A stretch of DNA of 50,248 nt from Minisyncoccota bacterium. GTDB taxonomy: Bacteria; Patescibacteriota; Minisyncoccia; Phycocordibacterales; JAACPR01. Below the pieces are notes generated by a model. The model was not told the origin of the DNA. It saw only the letters and a list, made by a program, of their open reading frames with translations, and searched no databases. Positions 46,563 through 50,248 of this stretch are shown here, piece by piece; within the stretch, counting starts at the first letter, position 1, and each line of letters starts with the position of its first letter. The position numbers were made by a program, and so were the translations under genes. The DNA is taken from contig DAOLDC010000001.1 in NCBI GenBank assembly GCA_035327525.1, positions 1 through 50,248 of the forward strand, in the 5' to 3' direction.

Positions 46563-46835
46563 ATGTCACATGTAAAAGCAGCAGGAACAGCAAAGAATCT
46601 TACAGACTCAAATCCACAATATTTGGGTGTAAAACTTTATGATGGTGAAAAGGCACAGAACGGTAGTATTATAGTTAGACAAAGAGGCACAAGAATATTG
46701 CCCGGAAAAAATGTAAAGATGGGAAAAGATCATACTATTTTTTCTATAAAATCTGGCGTTGTGAAGTATGGATCAACAAGAAAAAAAGGTTTTAATAACA
46801 AAACTGTTACAAAGAAAATAGTTAGTGTTGTTTAA
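46563..46835 (+). CDS. rpmA: 50S ribosomal protein L27
   Basis: SHVKAAGTAKNLTDSNPQYLGVKLYDGEKAQNGSIIVRQRGT. Confidence 0.95.
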   Translation: MSHVKAAGTAKNLTDSNPQYLGVKLYDGEKAQNGSIIVRQRGTRILPGKNVKMGKDHTIFSIKSGVVKYGSTRKKGFNNKTVTKKIVSVV

Positions 46836-47272
46836 TCTTTTTCTATTACTATTTTTACAGTAGATTCTTTTTTGTAGGCAGATATTGTTATATTGAATTC
46901 ACCCAATTCTTTTATTGGTTCTTTTAGAATTATCCAGTCCTCACTAATATCAAAACCCAAATCCCCTATCGCGTCTGCAATTTCTTTTTCGTGAATTTTT
47001 GCGAACAAGTGACCTTTCTCGTTTGCTTTGCATTTGATTTTTGCTATTTTTCCACTTATTGCATTCAATAATTTATGCGCTTTTTCTTGAAGCTTCTCGC
47101 TCTTTTGGAGTTTGTTAGCTTTTAGTGATTTGACCTGTTTTATATCCCCCGGAGAGGCAAATTTGACCATTTTCCTTGGTATTAGCATATTCATAGCGTA
47201 ACCCTCGCTAACCTCTTTTATATCGCCTTTCTGACCTAGTCCTGTAATGTTTTGTAGTAGTATAACTTTCAT
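46832..47272 (-). CDS. rplI: 50S ribosomal protein L9
   Basis: MKVILLQNITGLGQKGDIKEVSEGYAMNMLIPRKMV. Confidence 0.93.
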   Translation of the reverse strand: MKVILLQNITGLGQKGDIKEVSEGYAMNMLIPRKMVKFASPGDIKQVKSLKANKLQKSEKLQEKAHKLLNAISGKIAKIKCKANEKGHLFAKIHEKEIADAIGDLGFDISEDWIILKEPIKELGEFNITISAYKKESTVKIVIEKD

Positions 47273-47273
47273 A

Positions 47274-48482
47274 TTATTTTAATAATTCGATTGCTTTTTG
47301 CATCTGATAATCTCTAAGGCTAATATTGTCATCTGGTGATTCTTCTATCAAAATGTCCGGCTTTAGTCCACCGTTTGATATAGAGTTGCCATCTGGTGTC
47401 AACCATTGTGCGACGGTAACTTTTAACGATGTATCCTTTGTAACAGAAACCAATTCCTGAACAGAACCCTTTCCAAAGGTGCTAGTTCCAATAATTGTAG
47501 CAACACCGTGCTCCTGTAATGCGCCAGCAACTATTTCTGACGCTGAGGCAGAACCACTATTTACCAAAACTACCATTTTGAAATCCTTGTTATTTTCGCC
47601 GTAGCCCTTGCTTCTAAATATTTTTTCAACATTATTACCAAAATTTTCTTTTACAATTACTTTTCCTGTAGGCAGAAACCAGCTTGCAATATCAATAGAT
47701 GCGTCTAGAAATCCTCCAGGATTACCGCGTAGATCCAAAATTAATTTGTCTTTTCCTGACCTTTTGAATTCATTAAAAGCGTTTCTAAACTGACTGGTTG
47801 AGTTTGATGAAAAATTATAAAGTGAAATTATAAAAACATCATCAATTATTTCTGTATCAAGAGTTGGAATATTGATTTTGTCTCTAATAATTTCAATATC
47901 GAATGATTCATCTGCACTTTCTCTGAAAACTGTTAATTTTACACTAGTACCAATAGGTCCTCTGATTCTGCTAACCGCATCATCAATTGACATTGAAAAA
48001 GTAGAAATGCCATCTATTGATAATATAATGTCACCCTCGATTATTCCAGATCTCTCAGCCGGAGTATTTTTTAGTGGAGAAACAACTACAATCATTTTTT
48101 CTTTTACACCTATTTCCATTCCAACACCAAAAAATTCGCCTTGAATACTATCTTCAAATTTCTTGTTCTCTTCTGGTGTAAGAAATTGTGTATAAGGATC
48201 ATTTAGGGAATTTACCATACCTTTTATTGCACCAAATATCTTTTCCTGATCAGAGATTTTGTTATCAGAATCAACTGGTTTGTATTTGTCATCTAACAAT
48301 TTCCAAACTTTCCAAAAAGTTGTCAGATCGATTTGATTGAAGGCGTTAGCGGAATTTTTTGCTGGTATATTGTATTGATTTAAATTAATGAAATTTGCAC
48401 TAAACAATCCGCCGGAAAATATTATTAAACCGACCAATATTAAAATCAGAATAGTTCGTAGATTTTTGAAATTTATATTCAT
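47274..48482 (-). CDS. ctpA: Carboxy-terminal processing protease (S41) with a PDZ domain
   Basis: PDZ (GIIEGDIILSIDG), LDLRGNPGGFLDAS, VVLVNSGSASASEIVAGALQ, GKGSVQ. Confidence 0.9.
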   Translation of the reverse strand: MNINFKNLRTILILILVGLIIFSGGLFSANFINLNQYNIPAKNSANAFNQIDLTTFWKVWKLLDDKYKPVDSDNKISDQEKIFGAIKGMVNSLNDPYTQFLTPEENKKFEDSIQGEFFGVGMEIGVKEKMIVVVSPLKNTPAERSGIIEGDIILSIDGISTFSMSIDDAVSRIRGPIGTSVKLTVFRESADESFDIEIIRDKINIPTLDTEIIDDVFIISLYNFSSNSTSQFRNAFNEFKRSGKDKLILDLRGNPGGFLDASIDIASWFLPTGKVIVKENFGNNVEKIFRSKGYGENNKDFKMVVLVNSGSASASEIVAGALQEHGVATIIGTSTFGKGSVQELVSVTKDTSLKVTVAQWLTPDGNSISNGGLKPDILIEESPDDNISLRDYQMQKAIELLK

Positions 48483-48490
48483 TTATATTG

Positions 48491-48519
48491 ATTATTGCAA
48501 AAAAACATTTGAGGGTCAA
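48491..48519 (-). promoter_or_regulatory. Promoter TTGACC-17nt-AATAAT (with TGc, extended -10) for ctpA-rplI
   Basis: Minus strand reads TTGACC ctcaaatgtttttttgc AATAAT caatataa ATG. Confidence 0.5.
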
Positions 48520-48528
48520 ATATAAAAC

Positions 48529-48537
48529 TGGTATAAT
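48529..48537 (+). promoter_or_regulatory. Extended -10 box TGgTATAAT, 7 nt before the corA ATG
   Basis: tggtataat at 48529-48537, ATG at 48545. Confidence 0.5.
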
Positions 48538-48544
48538 CTATAGA

Positions 48545-49465
48545 ATGATAAGCGAATATAAACACAAGAATATAGTGTGGATTGATTTAGAAAATCCAAC
48601 ACAGGAGGAAGCACTGCAAATGGTTGAAAGATTTGGTATAGATCCGCTGGTTGCAAATGAGCTGATTCTTCCGACACTTAGACCAAAAGTTGATTATTAC
48701 AAGGATTATATATATTTGATATTGAACTTTCCTGCGCATCACAAGGGTTTTGACAGACATAATTCAGAATCAATACAAGAAATAGATTTTATTATTGGAA
48801 AAAAGTTTATTATTACAACCAGATATAGCAACGTTGATGCCTTCCTAGAATTTTCAAAAGCCTTTGAGGTGCAATCAATTTTGAACAAAAGTAATATGTC
48901 CGACAATGCCGGATATATTTTCTTCTATATGACACAATATTTGTACAAATCAATGATGAATCGATTGGCAAATATTCAAGATCTTTTGCATGACATTGAG
49001 AACAAAATCTTTTCTGGTCATGAAAAAACTATGGTTATTGAAATTTCAAAATTGAATCGCAGAATTTTAAATTATAAAGAATCAATTTCTTTACACAAAG
49101 AAATTCTGGAATCATTCGAGGTGGCTAGTCGTAGATTTTTTGGTGAAGAATTTGATTACTATGCGCACAGTATTATTGGTGAATATTACAAAGTTAGGGG
49201 TGAATTAGCTAGCACAAAGGAGTATTTGGAGGAATTGCGTAATACGAACGATTCCCTACTTTCAACAAAACAGAATGAAATTATGAAGATTTTGACTGTA
49301 ACAAACTTCATTTTTCTACCACTGGCATTGATTGCTGGAATATTCAATATGAATGCTGATTTGCCAATTGTTGGTAGTCGGTACGATTTCGAAATAATTA
49401 TTACAATAATGCTCGCTATTTCTATTGGAATGTACATATATTTCCGAAGAAAAAAGTGGTTATAA
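48545..49465 (+). CDS. corA: CorA-family divalent cation transporter with a variant signature (NMN instead of GMN)
   Basis: CorA architecture: cytoplasmic domain then two C-terminal TMs (ILTVTNFIFLPLALIAGIFNMNADLP). ATG 48545 chosen over the track TTG 48488. Confidence 0.8.
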   Translation: MISEYKHKNIVWIDLENPTQEEALQMVERFGIDPLVANELILPTLRPKVDYYKDYIYLILNFPAHHKGFDRHNSESIQEIDFIIGKKFIITTRYSNVDAFLEFSKAFEVQSILNKSNMSDNAGYIFFYMTQYLYKSMMNRLANIQDLLHDIENKIFSGHEKTMVIEISKLNRRILNYKESISLHKEILESFEVASRRFFGEEFDYYAHSIIGEYYKVRGELASTKEYLEELRNTNDSLLSTKQNEIMKILTVTNFIFLPLALIAGIFNMNADLPIVGSRYDFEIIITIMLAISIGMYIYFRRKKWL

Positions 49466-49554
49466 TTTGTTTCACTAAATACAGAATGTCCACAGCCTAT
49501 ACACTTTCTGTAAGAATTTTAGAATTTATTTAAAATAAATTTATGTTAATCTAG

Positions 49555-49560
49555 TAATAT
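49555..49560 (+). promoter_or_regulatory. -10 box TAATAT, 5 nt before the dnaB ATG
   Basis: taatat at 49555-49560. A 19-bp palindrome at 49523-49541 overlaps the -35 position. Confidence 0.35.
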
Positions 49561-49565
49561 TCAAC

Positions 49566-50248
49566 ATGAGTAATGAAAAATTAAAAATTCCCCCACAGAG
49601 CACAGAAAGTGAAATGGCATTGTTGGGATCAATATTATTGAGACCAGAATCAATAAACGAAATTCTAGATATTGTATCCCTAAATCATTTTTATTCTGAT
49701 AGGCACAAGAAAATCTACGAAACAATGTTGGAGCTTTTTTCAAAATCTATTCCAATTGATTTGATTTCTCTTTCGAGTAGGTTGAAGGAACGAAAAATAC
49801 TAGATCAGGTTGGCGGAAAAAGTTATTTGTCAGAAATTATTGAGTCAGTTCCCTCCTCTGTAAATATAGTGCATTATGCTGATATTGTTATAAAAAAGTC
49901 AGTTACTAGAAGCTTGATTGATGCATCACACGAGATTGGTGCAATGGGATATAATGAGGAACATGATCTGGAATCACTTCTTGATGCAGCAGAAAAAAAG
50001 ATTTTTGCAGTAACAAATCGTAGCACAAAGAAAAACTTTTTTTCACTAAAAGAAACACTGCCAGAAGCATGGGAAAGATTAGAAAAATTACACAAGTCAA
50101 AAGATGAATTGAGAGGTATACCGACTGGATTCAAAAGTTTGGATAATACATTGGCCGGATTTCAAAAATCTGATTTGATAATTCTTGCAGCACGACCATC
50201 TATGGGTAAAACTTCTCTGGCTCTGGATATTGCTAGAAATGTTGCTGT
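49566..50248 (+). CDS. dnaB: Replicative DNA helicase DnaB, 5' partial (runs off the window)
   Basis: Hand translation gives MSNEKLKIPPQSTESEMALLGSILLRPESINEILDIV...HRKIYETM...GIPTGFKSLDNTLAGFQKSDLIILAARPSMGKTSLALDIARNVA. Not in the ORF track because no stop lies in the window. Confidence 0.92.
   Translation, partial: MSNEKLKIPPQSTESEMALLGSILLRPESINEILDIVSLNHFYSDRHKKIYETMLELFSKSIPIDLISLSSRLKERKILDQVGGKSYLSEIIESVPSSVNIVHYADIVIKKSVTRSLIDASHEIGAMGYNEEHDLESLLDAAEKKIFAVTNRSTKKNFFSLKETLPEAWERLEKLHKSKDELRGIPTGFKSLDNTLAGFQKSDLIILAARPSMGKTSLALDIARNVA

Noticed and set aside
49487-49534. Small ORFs in intergenic gaps, such as the 15-codon MSTAYTLSVRILEFI upstream of dnaB and a 16-codon ORF on the minus strand of 45141-45364.
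   Set aside because: They are very short, have no promoter geometry or conservation clues, and are expected by chance.
1-50248. Search for tRNA, rRNA, tmRNA, RNase P RNA, CRISPR arrays, integrases or transposases, and T-box or CIRCE leaders.
   Set aside because: No GC-rich cloverleaf-sized segments or T-loop GGTTCGAATCC-like motifs were seen. There are no regularly spaced direct repeats with unique spacers and no recombinase-like ORFs. Synthetase genes have upstream gaps of only 2-20 nt, too short for T-box leaders. This was an eye scan only, so small RNAs could be missed.

Overview
AT-rich, very gene-dense chromosomal segment, coded on the plus strand up to about 45.1 kb and with strand switches after that. 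TGA acts as a stop codon, so the standard bacterial code applies. Gene content and style suggest a reduced-genome bacterium, most plausibly Patescibacteria/CPR (Parcubacteria-like): tiny intergenic gaps, almost no Shine-Dalgarno sites, short aminoacyl-tRNA synthetases, pilus genes and many membrane-anchored hypothetical proteins. That lineage call is an inference. Recognisable content: a PIF1/RecD-like helicase, an HI0933-type flavoprotein and a lone class I DAHP synthase. Housekeeping genes are yqeY, rmuC, rplU, ychF, leuS, mltG, mnmA, alaS, trpS, scpAB and gltX. There is an infA-rpmJ-rpsM-rpsK-rpsD-rpoA-rplQ-rplM-rpsI block running straight into grpE-dnaK-dnaJ. A cell-wall block holds dac, mraY, ftsW and murG, followed by an M23 peptidase. 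The right end carries rpmA, rplI, ctpA, corA and the 5' part of dnaB. No rRNA, tRNA, CRISPR array or transposase was seen. The most interesting items are: (1) a type IV pilus-like module with a 1106-aa internally triplicated beta-helix surface protein, a PilX-like minor pilin and a membrane-anchored PilM. (2) An ATP-cone fused to an Mrr-type PD-(D/E)xK nuclease. (3) A degenerate actin-fold protein paired with a bitopic membrane protein. (4) An untracked, apparently leaderless 20-codon ORF starting MGKGD (ribosomal protein Thx-like) behind three direct repeats. (5) A GC-rich orphan DAHP synthase sharing a roughly 34-bp promoter-like element with the helicase gene. (6) A secreted lytic-transglycosylase-like gene whose signal peptide is separated from its ATG by a 1-nt frame break in a homopolymer. 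(7) A widespread arrangement of TATAAT-like boxes 5-11 nt from start codons. All functional calls come from motif recognition by eye. No database search was run.
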